From positions 1,728,001-1,792,000 of the forward strand of contig OZ243974.1 of assembly GCA_965214775.1 (NCBI GenBank): a DNA stretch of 64,000 bases, written 5' to 3'. Both the position numbers and the translations under genes were made by a program. How positions within the stretch are numbered: the stretch's first letter is position 1; the number at the start of each line of letters is the position of its first letter. The notes below the pieces were generated by a model. That model did no database searches, was not told where the DNA came from, and saw nothing but the letters and a program-made list of their open reading frames with translations. Below, piece by piece: positions 28,535 through 40,011 of the stretch. This stretch comes from Nitrosopumilus sp. (lineage in GTDB: Archaea; Thermoproteota; Nitrososphaeria; Nitrososphaerales; Nitrosopumilaceae).

Positions 28535-29503
28535 TTGATATCTAAAGCATCAGCTCCGGGCAAGGTAATTCTTTTTGGAGAACACTTTGTCGTACACGGA
28601 GTCAAGGCCATTCTTTGTGCAATAGACAGGCGGGTATCTGTTACGGCTGAAACGACTGACGAAGACAAGATAGTCATCGAGTCAGATGTCGGGGATCTAA
28701 GGCTGGACAAAGGCAGAAACATTGACGAGATCAACTCGCCCCTCAAACCGTTCTATTTTCTTGCAGACAAACTGCTAAAAGAACAGCCAGATGCGGTTGC
28801 GGCGGGAATCAGGATTTCGGTAGAATCAGAGATACCCCCGGGCGTTGGCCTGGGATCGTCATCGGCCTGCTGTGTGGCAGGGGCAGGGGCAATTTCAGGG
28901 CTGTTTTCAAAGAAAACAAGGGGCGAGATTTTAGAGATGGCAATTGATGCCGAAAGGACCGTTTTTAGAAACACGTCTGGTGCAGACTGCACGGTTTCTG
29001 CACACGGAGGAATCATGGTTTACGACAAGACGGGCTTTACAAGGATAGTATATGAGCCTGATTTCCAGCTTGTAATAACAAATTCCAACATTGAGCATTC
29101 AACAGAAAAGGTTGTAGAAAAAGTGCAAAAATTCAAAGACCGAAATGAAAAAGAGTTTGCAGAGTTGTGCTCAAAAGAATCAGAGCTGGTCGAGGATGTT
29201 TTAAGGATATTCAAGCAAGAAGATGAGATTGCAAGGCTGGGCGAAAAGGCCGTTGAGAACCAAAAGTTCCTGGAGGCGATAGGAGTTTCAAATCATACGC
29301 TAAGAAGAATGGTGGAAATTGGCAACAAGACATCGTTTGGATCCAAGATTACCGGCGCAGGCGGGGGCGGATGTATTTTCTCCCTGACTAACGAGAAAAA
29401 CGCAGAAGAGACTCTGAACGGGTTTAAGAGTAAAGATTACGAGTGTTTTTCAGTAAAAATTGACGCAGAGGGATTGTTGCACGCATCCGTAGTCAATTCA
29501 TAA
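28535..29503 (+). CDS. mvk: Mevalonate kinase
   Basis: APGKVILFGEH, PPGVGLGSS, SKITGAGGGG. Confidence 0.95.
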   Translation: MISKASAPGKVILFGEHFVVHGVKAILCAIDRRVSVTAETTDEDKIVIESDVGDLRLDKGRNIDEINSPLKPFYFLADKLLKEQPDAVAAGIRISVESEIPPGVGLGSSSACCVAGAGAISGLFSKKTRGEILEMAIDAERTVFRNTSGADCTVSAHGGIMVYDKTGFTRIVYEPDFQLVITNSNIEHSTEKVVEKVQKFKDRNEKEFAELCSKESELVEDVLRIFKQEDEIARLGEKAVENQKFLEAIGVSNHTLRRMVEIGNKTSFGSKITGAGGGGCIFSLTNEKNAEETLNGFKSKDYECFSVKIDAEGLLHASVVNS

Positions 29504-29595
29504 AAAACGAACAATTTTGAGAGCTGCTTTTGATCCAAAGATCTAGGATCAGGCAAACCATCGCACATGCATGGGAAAACAGACAGAATTCGCGG

Positions 29596-29675
29596 TAATA
29601 GGTTGGCCCCTGCCTAGGCAGCAATCAGACATGAACTGCCTGCAGTTGTGATTTTCATGCCTGAACAGACGGGGT
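29596..29675. mobile_element. Truncated copy of the MITE at 48852, cut by the IS66
   Basis: GTAATAGGTTGGCCCCTGCCTAGGCAGCAATCAG...GTTGTGATTTTCATGCCT matches 48852-48920. Confidence 0.75.
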
Positions 29676-29760
29676 GTGTGAGGTCACCTATTCCCCCACA
29701 TTAGGCCAAATATTGATGACGATGCCGATCCTTATACCATGATCGCGTATACTAGACATT

Positions 29761-31580
29761 ATGAAAGGTCAACCTTCCACATTCTGCGAGATCGAGGCAT
29801 CTATAGCATCGTCGACGGAGAAGATACGGAGTCTGGAAAAGGGAATCAAGGAACGTGACAACGTCATCAAGGAACAGGGCAATGTCATCAAGGAACGTGA
29901 CACGACCATTGAGAAACTAAACAATATAATCAAGGATCAGGGCGACAGGCTCCGATACTACGAGAACGAGAACTCGCCCCCGTCGGCAGACTCGCTTGCG
30001 TGGAAGGAGCAAAAGGCACAGAGGAAAAAGGAGAGGGCCCGATCCGATGCTGCAGCCGGGAATGACGGCGCTAGGAATAACAGGAAAAAGCCCGGCGGCC
30101 AAAAGGGCCACAAGGGCGTATCGCGCGTCCACCGGCCCACCCGGGTACAAAGGCACTACTTTCCGGGCGGACAGGGTAAGAGTTTACCCCTCAGGCAGCA
30201 CTACTGGCCGGAGCCTTCATGGTCACGCCTGCCACGCCGTATCTCAGGTGAGGGATAAACTCGTACGACAGGGATCGTCGCGTGTTGGCTAGACTGAGGC
30301 GCGAGGGCTGGTCCGTGCTGCGCTTTTGGGAGCATGACATCATGGGCAATCCTGACAGTAAGAGATCACCCCCTCCAGAAAGTACGACGTGGTAGGCACG
30401 GTGATCAAGGCTCCGACCAGCAGAGTCGCCTGAGGGGTAAACTCTTACCGGACAGGCGCCAGAGTGCTGGTGCGGCACCACCACGAAGATCATGAACAGG
30501 CCGCAGACACGCGACATGATTGGATTTGAGATCAAGGCGATTGAGACTCGCCACGAGTCGCAGAGGGCAGTATGCCCAAAGTGCGGCACGTATCATATTG
30601 CCCCCAACGGCCTGCCCCGATGCGGCAACTACGACACGAGCGTGGTCACAGCCGTCACCAAGCTGCGCAGCGAGGGCGTTCCATACAGCAGGATCCCAGG
30701 CATCCTGTCAGATATCACGGGCGTGGACATGTCAAAGTCAACTGCAATCAACAACGTGGGGCGCGTCTGCGAGGCCGCAAAGGCGCCTGCCGAGGCCATC
30801 GCAAAGGAGGTAAAGATCTCAAAGACCGTCTGCATAGACGAGACGGGGATCAACCTGGCAGGCAAGACGGGATGGGTGTGGACCATACTGTCAGCAGCAG
30901 GCATACTCATGATATACAACAATACAAGGAAGGCCCTGGTTCTGGACCAGTACATGAGCGGGTACAAGGGCGTCGTCACATCAGACGGATATCCCGCATA
31001 CAAGAGGTTCGATCCGGGAGGAAGGCACCAGCGGTGCTGGGCGCACGAGCTGCGATCCCTCCTGTATGGTTCGCAGAAAAAGGACGCCCTGCTGTTTGCA
31101 GGGATCCTGTACCGGCAGGGGCAGCAGCTGTTCGGAGACGCCAAGACGTGTCTAGAAGGGTGGGACAAGCTGTCCCCCGAGGATCTCCTGGATCTTGAAG
31201 AGAGGACGGGGATAAGGGCCGCCGACGGGCTGATGGGCCGGCACTCGCCGGAGCTGCGCCGGCGGTTTGAGACCAGGATGCGCAACGTCCTGTTCGGATA
31301 CAGGGATACGCAGGACGAATCGTTGAAAGCTCTTGTCAGGCGGATGTACAATGCCCTGCCTGGCCTGTTTGCATTCCTGGAATACGAGGACGTCGAGCCC
31401 ACCAACAATTCTGCAGAGCGGGCGCTGCGCCCCGTCGTATTGCAGGAGAAGATAAGCGGCCAGATCAAGGGCGGCCTAGTCTGGATGGACAGGTACGGAT
31501 GGCTCAATACATGCACCTCGACGTGGAAACTGCAGGGCAAGTCCATCATGGTTGAGGTAGCCAAAATAATTCAGGGGTAG
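29761..31580 (+). pseudogene. IS66 transposase split by the composite MITE at 30176-30448
   Basis: NSPPS, KPGGQKGH, DETG, SDGY, CWAH, PTNNSAERALR; removing the insert and one TSD restores the frame HYFPGGQAPECWC. Confidence 0.88.
30176..30448. mobile_element. Composite MITE: two inverted 91-bp MITE-A copies around a 91-bp cargo
   Basis: Copies at 30176-30266 and 30358-30448; 8-bp TSD CGGACAGG at 30168-30175 and 30449-30456. Confidence 0.85.
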
Positions 31581-31801
31581 GTGACCTCATACATGGAGCA
31601 CATCAACGGTGGCACCGACACCGGCGGGGGAGGGAGGCCTGTCAGCAGGGTCTGGGCGTGTGTGTTCTCAGTCACCATATTTGCGGTGTTGTGGACCGGC
31701 AAGATGAAAAAGACGAGAAGATGGGCGGCACTCTTTGTGGTGCTTGTACTGGTCTTCTCGACAGACGAGATGCTCTACCAGCTTGACGGTTCCACGACCT
31801 G

Positions 31802-32960
31802 AGAGTTGATTCGAAATTAGCAAATTTTGATCAAATGGGCACATATTGTACACCAACCCGATCCAAATGCAGGCAAAATGTACATAATTCATGAAGTTGT
31901 TTGATAAATTATCAAAAAACCCCCGGACATTCAGGATGTTTGCCGGCATGACTGCCCCCGAATTTGATTTGTTGTATGCAAAGGTGGCAAAAAAACACCC
32001 AAAGATGGACAGAAAGAGGCTGCTTTCTGCCAAAAAAGACCGCAAGCGTGACATCGGTGCAGGACGCCCGACTGCCCTGAACCTAAAGGAGAGTCTTCTG
32101 CTGTCCCTGTTCTACTACAGGACGTACGTCACGCAGGACGTGGCATCTGCCATGTTCGGCATTGGACAGGCATCAGTCTCGCGCACAATTGACAGGATTG
32201 CGCCGGTTCTCAAGCAGTGCCTGTCGATCCCCGAAAAGATCTATTCGGGCACCAAGAGAATATCCTCAGTAGAGGAGCTAATGGACGTACTTCCAGAACT
32301 TGTCTGCCTGACAGATGCCTCAGAGCAAAAGATATGCAGGCCCAAGAGAAAGGACATGGAGAGATCGCACTATTCAGGCAAGGCAGGCACGCACACAGTC
32401 AAGGTCCAGTATACCACCAACATTCACGGACTCATAGTGCACAAGACGCCCCACTCTCCGGGACGCGTAAATGACATCACAATGTACCAGATGAGGCATC
32501 CCACGTTCCGGTACGACCAAAGAAAGGAGAAAGAGAAAGAGAAAAAGTGTCCCGGCGGCGGCGGGGATGGTGATGCGCCGCAACAACAACAAAAGAGCAC
32601 AAAGCTGCGTCACTACATGGACCGCGGATACCAGGGAGCACAGTCAGTGGATGCAGGCACGGACGTCATACTCCCAATCAAGAAAAAACCGGGCGGCAAG
32701 CTCACTGATGCGGAAAAAGAGTACAATATCACGCACTCAAAGATACGCGTGTACGTGGAGAACACCATACGCAGGGTCAAAACATACAGAATAATGGGCG
32801 ACCGGTACCGAAACCCACTCAAAAAGTACGACCTTGCCAACAGTATCGTGTGCGGACTGGTCAACGATAGGGCGTTGGCCAGAATCGCTGCTGCGGCCTG
32901 AGTGGCGGCAGCAGAACGGCTGCGGACGGGGCACTCGATTTCTAATTTCGGATCACCTCT
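31802..32960 (+). mobile_element. IS5-family insertion sequence with CTG TSD
   Basis: TIRs AGAGTTGATTCGAAATTAG / CTAATTTCGGATCACCTCT; CTG on both sides. Confidence 0.88.
31891..32901 (+). CDS. IS5-family transposase
   Basis: FGIGQASVSR, DASE, YSGK, DRGYQG, RVYVENTIRRVK. Confidence 0.9.
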   Translation: MKLFDKLSKNPRTFRMFAGMTAPEFDLLYAKVAKKHPKMDRKRLLSAKKDRKRDIGAGRPTALNLKESLLLSLFYYRTYVTQDVASAMFGIGQASVSRTIDRIAPVLKQCLSIPEKIYSGTKRISSVEELMDVLPELVCLTDASEQKICRPKRKDMERSHYSGKAGTHTVKVQYTTNIHGLIVHKTPHSPGRVNDITMYQMRHPTFRYDQRKEKEKEKKCPGGGGDGDAPQQQQKSTKLRHYMDRGYQGAQSVDAGTDVILPIKKKPGGKLTDAEKEYNITHSKIRVYVENTIRRVKTYRIMGDRYRNPLKKYDLANSIVCGLVNDRALARIAAAA

Positions 32961-33965
32961 CTGGTGGGATCTGGTGGGGTATGATGTCCCAAACCCACAA
33001 ATCGAGGATCTCGTAGGTACGGCAATGCAGAGCGGCGCTCCAGATACTACTGATGCCATCGCAGACGGCACGGTACGCGCCGCATCCGTGGTGCTGACGC
33101 TGCTGTGGGACTGGGCTGTGCCCGTCGGCCCCGTGTTTGCCATGATATACTGCATGTTCAGGTGGACTACCAAGTACAACCTTGAGAACTTTGGATGCAG
33201 GTCAAAGAGGGAATGGAAGCGCAGGGATCCTGCGCAGAGAAACGTTGAGGAAGAGGTGGCCGATGCAGGCCGGAGGGTGGCGGCGGGCTTTGGGAATCTC
33301 GGCAAAAGGGCTGTGGAGAGGGTGCCGTCCGGGAAGATGAGGGGCTACGGCGCGTCTGCGGCAGACAAGGCGACATGGCTCTCATAGAAGATGCGAGAAC
33401 CAAACCACGACAGGGCAATAAGGGTGATCGAGAAATATCACGACCTGATGTTGCGTGGAATAATCTCAAGATCCGACTTTGAAATGAAAAAGGACGCGCT
33501 GCTGGGCCTCGAAAAGTAGCCGGCCACGATCCTAAAAACTGTCATTTGACAAGCATCATCCTTATTGATATTGCATCCTGTTTCAGGATGCCTGCATTTG
33601 AAACAGTCTTCCTAGAAGTAATCCCGAAAACGACCTTGGATTTGAAATAAATCAAGTTATGGTGCATGGTATATGGCCGTCGACGGTTTATGCAAAACAG
33701 AGTACTAAAATATGGAATATGGTACAGAATGCTGAATGGTCAGACTGGATCTTACGCACCCTGGCACGGGCAGTCCAGGCAATCATCCCCGTCAATGTGA
33801 CATTGACGATGCAGTGGGAGCAGCAGACGGAGGAGGAAGAGTCAGATTTGGCGGCGGCAGCTTTACAATTGAAGAAAAGAATCCACGCATGATAATACTG
33901 CCAATGGACGACGTCCGGAGACTTGGCGAAGCGCTGTCTGAGGTGCACGCGCAGAAGGACAAGGC

Positions 33966-34358
33966 ATGGCGGCAATAGACAGGCTTGCGACACTCTGGAG
34001 TGCGGCCATAGTGGCAGTAGCAGTAGGCGTTACGCTTGCAATGTCATCTGCCGGGCCCGAGCCGGCCGGCACGGTTACGGATCCCCCTGCGCCGTCTGCT
34101 CTGTGTGAATCTCACGGATATGAATGGAATGATGAGTATGATTATTGTGATATGCGGGGCCCTCATGTGGTTGCTAAAATATGCCGTGATCGTGGCATAG
34201 ATCAACAAGATTGTGGTGACTATATCATTGAACTTGATAGGCATGGTGATTTATGCCGTGAGTGGGGAGGTAATCCAAGTTCCTGTGATCCAGAAGCTGG
34301 GTGGAATGCGGACCGTTCGTTCCGGGAAGATATATGCAGGGTAGTTTGCGGGTTTTAG
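33966..34358 (+). CDS. Cys-rich small exported protein upstream of protease 2
   Basis: Signal/TM segment followed by 8 Cys; stop is 2 nt before the protease ATG. Confidence 0.6.
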   Translation: MAAIDRLATLWSAAIVAVAVGVTLAMSSAGPEPAGTVTDPPAPSALCESHGYEWNDEYDYCDMRGPHVVAKICRDRGIDQQDCGDYIIELDRHGDLCREWGGNPSSCDPEAGWNADRSFREDICRVVCGF

Positions 34359-36258
34359 ACATGCTCAAAATTGCGCCTCTCCTTGCATTGATTGTGTTTC
34401 TGCCCGCCGTGGCGGCGGCCTCAACGCATTCCGATGAGTCTCAAACCGACGATCTGGCCGACGCACACGACAAAATCACGCGATATATGCAAGCGCAAAG
34501 CGACGCAATCATAACTCATTCATCACAGCAACGACAGCAGCCCGACATAGCAGACGAACTGCCGGTATTCATGTCGTTTGTAAACCAGACATCCAACGAG
34601 TTGGTGGTCGGCCTAGATCTAAATGCCACCGGGACGGCAGAGCAATACCTGGAAAGGATACGGCAAATTACAAACGGTTCTGCCGTTCCGGTACGACTCG
34701 TCTCAGGCCACTTTGTCGAGGAGTCATGCGATGCAGTCAATGACAGGTGCGATCCACTGATCGGGGGGATAGAGATCAGCACCTTTGGCGGTATTGGGGT
34801 GCTTACACTTCCTGTAATTAACAACAACAACGAACGCGGTTTTGTAATGTCGGGCCATGTTGCAGGCCCTGCACAATCCGACAGGAAGATATGGCAGCCA
34901 AAGGAAACGAATCCTATACGTATTGAAGTGGGTGTTGTGGCAACAAATCCATTAAACCCTCGCAGTAGCGACTCTGCGTTTGTCCGTACGCTTGACAGCA
35001 TTGCGTTGGAGCAAAAGATCTTTAACCCCGACGGCGATCCGTATGACGTGGTAGGGACAAAGATTTCTGAGGTTCATGACATTGTGTACATGGCAGGGAT
35101 AATAAACAAGACCATTGGAAGTAAAAACTACACGACCACTTCCGGCGGGGTGCTTTCAACCGGGGTCACGATAGACAGTCCAATGTACGGGACGCTTACC
35201 GACCAAAACACGGCTGGATACATGTCAGCAAGCGGTGACAACGGGGCCCCCGTCTACTCCCTCGATTCCGGAAACGGCGTGCTGCTTCACGGCATCCATG
35301 TGGGAAAGTCATGTTTCTCTGACTTTCCGCCGACGATCAATTCAGCATACTGCAAATACCTCTTTCCCGTATACTCGCCCTGGGAGCATGTCCGGTCCGA
35401 GCTGAACCTGAAGCCTGTCACGGGAAGCCTGGAGGCACCTACGTCCCTCTCCGAGCCCTTTGACGACCTTGACGTGTGGACCGAGGAGGGCGAAACCGGC
35501 TGGAGTACGGGATCTCCCGACGAGGGAGGTCACCCGCCGGGCCACCCTGCGGCGACCAACACGGTGGCCGAGGCAGACGACTGCGACTCTGAATGCAGGC
35601 TGGTCCTCTCCTACGGGTTGGATCTTACGGGATACGACTCGGCTGCCATGACACTTTACAGGTATGTAGATGACGACCTTGATGGCGGGGAGTACCTGAG
35701 GGTGGACGTCTCAGAGGACGGCGGGGCAAGCTGGATCAACGCGTATGACTGGCAGGGGAACCGGGACGATGATGATACGTGGACCAAGCACACGCTGGAT
35801 CTGGCAGACCATCTGGACTCGGACAACTTCAAGATCAGACTGGCAGCAAGGGCCTCCTCGTCATCGGAGTATGTGATGGTCGATACCATAATCATAGAAG
35901 GCCAGCAGAAGGCCGTCCCGGCGCACCTGGCATTTGAAAACAACCTGTCTGACTCTGGCACCGGGGGACACGACGGCACCGTGCGCTCGGGCTCGGTATC
36001 ATACGGGGCCGGCGCCGTAGGGCAGGCCGTGACACTGAACAACGACCACCTGACACTTGCAGGCGAGTCCAACTTTGATTACGATACGGACGACGCATTC
36101 AGCATCGCCTTTTGGATAAAGAAACAGTCGGTGCCCACGGCAACCGAGTCGCTGGTATCAAAGTCCGAACGCTTTTGGAGGCAGGGAATAGACGTGTGGA
36201 TGAACCACAACGCCGGCGGCAAGGCCTCCTTCCGGCTGTCTGACGGCTCCGCATACAT

Positions 36259-37768
36259 CAGTAGTTCCCAGATGTACTTTTGAAGGCACGATAATTACGT
36301 AATTTGCCGAGATTTTTTGACCATTACGATCTTAGATCAGAAGGTGTGTCAAACATCATCATGATGATACCAACACAAAACGATGTGTTTGCACACCAGT
36401 ATGACATAGCATCACGACAGTTTAAAACATTGCGACGGCGGTTCCACAAGCTCGAAATGGCAGTCTCAAAGAGTCACAACGCGGTGTACGGCCATGCCGA
36501 CGTACTGCGCGTGCTAAGCCTCATGTCTGATAGGAAGATGTTTTTCAGGTCTGCCGTGACGCATCTTCGCAGGAAGGCCTCAAAATACCGCAGGCAGCAG
36601 CAGCATGACGGCGGGACTGCTACTACTACTACTACTGCTGCTGCTACCTTCTCCAAGAAGGGCGGCGCATACAGCTCCCGTACGCCCCACCCGGAGTGGA
36701 TCTTAAAGACCATCCGGAGCGTCAGCCCGGATCGGATGCAAAGGTGGTGCAACTCCATGCTACAGCACACGGTAAGAAACGGCCGCAGGTCCGGCATGTT
36801 ACACAACACGGACGTAGTGGCAGTGGATGTCACCGACGTCGAATACTATGGCAAGGGCCTAAAGGACGTCGCCAGAAAGTCAAAGCCCAAGAACGGCACG
36901 TCTACTTTTCTCTCGCACATTACCGTGCACGGAGTAGGATCAGATGACGGCTCAGACCTCGTGCTTTCCTCGCTGCAGCTTCCAAAAGATGCAAAACTGG
37001 CCGATTTCGTGCCTAAAATGATCCGCAAAGCGTCCAGATCAGGGACGAAGATCAGGATGTTCCTGTATGACCGGGGATTCTTTAATGTCAACTGCATGGT
37101 GGCTGCAGGCAAAAGCCAGGGCTTCTACGTCATGCCTGCCGCCAAGAACAAGAGGATAAAGGCGGCAATAGAGGAGCACCACCATAAAAAGCGCGACGCG
37201 ATATCTGACTATACCATGACTAACAAGGAGGGCAAAAACGTCACGTTCAGGCTGGTCATTGTAAAAAAGGAGGAGGAAGACGAAAATGAAAATGAAAATG
37301 AAAACAATGACACAGCAAAAGAGGAATGCACAGAAAAAAAGAAGGAAAAGAAAAAAGAAACGGCAGACGAATACCTGGTCTTTGCCACCAACATGCCTGC
37401 CAAAAGCGTAGAGGACGTCATAGCTCAGATACCAGAAGAGTACCGCATGCGGTGGGGAATCGAGACCGGGTTCAGGGTGATCAAGGGAGTAATGGGCAAG
37501 ACATGCAGTAATTCGCCGGTCGTCAGGATGTTGTTATTCTACATGCCCCTCATACTGTACAATCTCTGGAGGACTGCCATATTCATTGATGTGGAATCCA
37601 AGTGGGACGGATTTGCGGGAGGCAAGGATTTTACCATGATGTTGTTTGCCGCGTGCATTACAGATGCAGCTGACTCGTTTGTAAACGATCGCGGAAAGTA
37701 GTAGTAGTAGCGGCGGCAGTGGTGCCGTGTCAGGAGGCAGTCTGCAAAAGTACACCTAGGAACTACTG
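36259..37768 (+). mobile_element. ISH3-family insertion sequence with ACAT TSD
   Basis: TIRs CAGTAGTTCCCAGATGTACTTTT / AAAAGTACACCTAGGAACTACTG; ACAT duplicated. Confidence 0.88.
36304..37701 (+). CDS. ISH3-family transposase
   Basis: VAVDVT, YDRGFF, YRMRWGIETGFR. Confidence 0.88.
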   Translation: MPRFFDHYDLRSEGVSNIIMMIPTQNDVFAHQYDIASRQFKTLRRRFHKLEMAVSKSHNAVYGHADVLRVLSLMSDRKMFFRSAVTHLRRKASKYRRQQQHDGGTATTTTTAAATFSKKGGAYSSRTPHPEWILKTIRSVSPDRMQRWCNSMLQHTVRNGRRSGMLHNTDVVAVDVTDVEYYGKGLKDVARKSKPKNGTSTFLSHITVHGVGSDDGSDLVLSSLQLPKDAKLADFVPKMIRKASRSGTKIRMFLYDRGFFNVNCMVAAGKSQGFYVMPAAKNKRIKAAIEEHHHKKRDAISDYTMTNKEGKNVTFRLVIVKKEEEDENENENENNDTAKEECTEKKKEKKKETADEYLVFATNMPAKSVEDVIAQIPEEYRMRWGIETGFRVIKGVMGKTCSNSPVVRMLLFYMPLILYNLWRTAIFIDVESKWDGFAGGKDFTMMLFAACITDAADSFVNDRGK

Positions 37769-38076
37769 ACATGGAGGTGCGCACGCCCGGCCCCGTGACG
37801 GACGGCGCGTGGCACCATGTGGCGTTCGTTTATGACGGCAGCGGAACCCGAGACGGCATGTCTGCATATGTGGACGGACGGCCCGTCACCGAAATCGCCG
37901 AAGGCGCCGCATCTCTGTCCGGCTCGCTGCTCAACGACCACCCGGTCGGGATAGGCGCCAGCAGCACCGGCAGGGACAAGGCGTCCGGTACCTCCCTTGA
38001 CGAGCTGCACGTCCGGCCCGGACAGATGACGGCATCGGAGGTTGCGGCACTGTACGCGCGAGGTTCTGCCTAGCAG

Positions 38077-38213
38077 AGAGATGATCTGAAATTAGAAACC
38101 ATGAAAATTTTTCGAATAATTTCACAGATAATCTGTATTTTGTTGGTGTTTTGAGCTGATTTATGCAGATTCGTTCACAGATAATCAGAGTTTGCTAATT
38201 TCGAATCAACTCT
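38077..38213 (-). mobile_element. IS5-type MITE (same family as 12002-12138)
   Basis: Reverse-complement similarity along its length; same TIRs as the IS at 31802. Confidence 0.85.
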
Positions 38214-39030
38214 CTGTCGCAAAAGACGGCAACCTTACCAAACTTGGCGCGCAACGCCTCCAGACATTCCATAAACTGCACCGACGTAAAGGATCCCGTA
38301 AACGTCCTGAACAGCCTTCTGCCGTCTTCTGCGATGCTTCCAAGCACGGCCACCTTTGTGTGGTCTCCAGAGTACGATGCCACGCTTCTGGTGCCTATCG
38401 GACCCCACACGTATCTGTCATATATGCCCTGCACGAAGAACGCCTCATCAGATGACACCAGTGTAAAACCGTCGTTTTTCAGGCACGGAATCCGCACGTC
38501 TTCAAGGTATCGCTGCCACGAGTATGCCGAGCTTGGGGTGGCATGGTTGACATGTATGTTTTGCACCTTGCGGCGCGACAGGCCGTGCTGGCGCATCATT
38601 CTCCGGACATGTTCTATACGGTATTGTATCCCGGTGGCAGTCCTTATGTCATTGTGCATCGTCATGACATCGGTATTTTTGCATGCGGTGGACAGGCCCA
38701 TTATGGCTGCAATACTTTTCCTGTCCACCCTTGGTCTGCATCCGGAACGGGGAAGATCCAGGAGGCAGTCCATGCCGTCCTCCGAAAACCTCGCCAGCCA
38801 GTTGCGCACGGAATTCTCACTGCACTGGATCACCCTTCTTGCAGTCTCGGGCACGCCCATGTCGTCTTCTAGCACAAACATCAGCGCCATGATCTTCTTG
38901 TAGACTTTGGCATCCTTTTCTTTGCGCATGGCCTCTTACAGGCTTCTGTCTGTTTCTTTTGCCATGCCCACTGCGCCAGTTACGTGATCATTATACTCTT
39001 CGAATGATCCTGTTTTGGCTCAAAAACTTA
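38214..39030 (-). pseudogene. IS630-family transposase, truncated by the MITE
   Basis: HTH SENSVRNWLARF, DLPRSG, SSDEAFF; paralog of 42571-43400. Confidence 0.8.
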
Positions 39031-39169
39031 TGCTCGTTACTATATACCCCCGCTATATTTCATGCCGTATCTGACTTTGCAGTCCCTTTCTTCGATTTGA
39101 TTCATCATGACCTGCAGCCTGACTTCATACCGGGATGTCCCGCACTGCAGGCAGCCTCCAGGTGCCCCG

Positions 39170-39670
39170 TCCAGATTTAAAAATTTCATTTCAAAATTCC
39201 AATTTCATTTCAAATTTCAATTCATCATACAATTTGATTCAGAGGCCCCCGCATTTCTAACTTTTATTGAAGATTCCAATTTCAATTTTCATATCTGTCG
39301 ATTCCGGGCAGGAAATTTGACGTTTCAGGCCTGCCTAATCCTGTCTTGTTTTGACTTCATGCCAGCTTAGTCTTGATATCAGACTGTGACTTTGTCCTGC
39401 TGCCTTTCCGTACCTGGATGCTTTTTCCGGAGGTTTTGAGTTTTTTGCCAGACGGTGCATGCGCCTTCAAAAGTTATAGTCCTGGATTTTTCAGAACATA
39501 ATTTCTGACTGGAGGCGCAGCGCCCCGTCTTTTTTCAATTTTGATTTGATTTGACTTGAAATTTTAATTTTAATTTCATTCCGCTGCAGGGCGCAGGCCC
39601 GCTCTGAATTTTGTTTTGAATTGGAATTGGAATTTTATGGAATTGGAATTTGCCTGGAATTTGTATGGGT
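39170..39670. repeat. Low-complexity non-coding region of AATTTC/GAATT-type short repeats
   Basis: aatttcatttcaaaattccaatttcatttc on the left; gaattggaattggaatttt on the right. Confidence 0.5.
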
Positions 39671-40011
39671 GGAGGCATGGCAGCGGTGCGTCCTGTGTGT
39701 TTCTGGCCCGGTGACGCATGGTGGCATGATTTCTGATTTTACGGGTTTTGAATTTTATGGGGCGGGTTTGGGTGATGTGTGCATGGCGCGGTTTGTAGAC
39801 TCTGTCGGAGAAAGGGGGGGTTGGCGCCGCTGGAAGGGGCGTTCGGCATCCCGGTTGCCTGAGTCATGGCTTTGTGCCTTCCGGAATGAAGTGTGAATGG
39901 CATGATGATGGACGCGCCAGCAGGAGACACCATCCGGGGCCACATGTGACAGAATAGCCCCGGGGGTTGGCCAGTCACACTTAAACGGCCGTTTTCAACT
40001 ACAATCCGATA

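Larger units (their letters stand above)
29676..31592 (+). mobile_element. IS66-family element, transposase disrupted
   Basis: TIRs GTGTGAGGTCACCTA / TAGGTGACCTCATAC; no TSD seen. Confidence 0.75.
31593..33519 (+). pseudogene. Membrane protein with C-terminal SHOCT domain, split by IS5 and an in-frame TAG
   Basis: Removing the IS gives ...DGSTT-WWDLVG in frame; after TAG at 33385 the frame continues to IEKYHDLMLRGIISRSDFEMKKDALL. Confidence 0.7.
34361..38073 (+). pseudogene. Secreted S1 protease-like + MAM-like + LamG protein, split by ISH3
   Basis: GFVMSGH, DSAFV, GDNGAP; FSIAFWIK...WHHVAFVYDG...LDEL (LamG); excising the IS restores SAY-MEVR in frame. Confidence 0.82.

Noticed and set aside
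33385-33387. Amber read-through linked to the odd tRNA
   Set aside because: The tRNA anticodon is TAG (reads CUA), not CTA; the gene is already IS-disrupted, so a nonsense mutation is simpler
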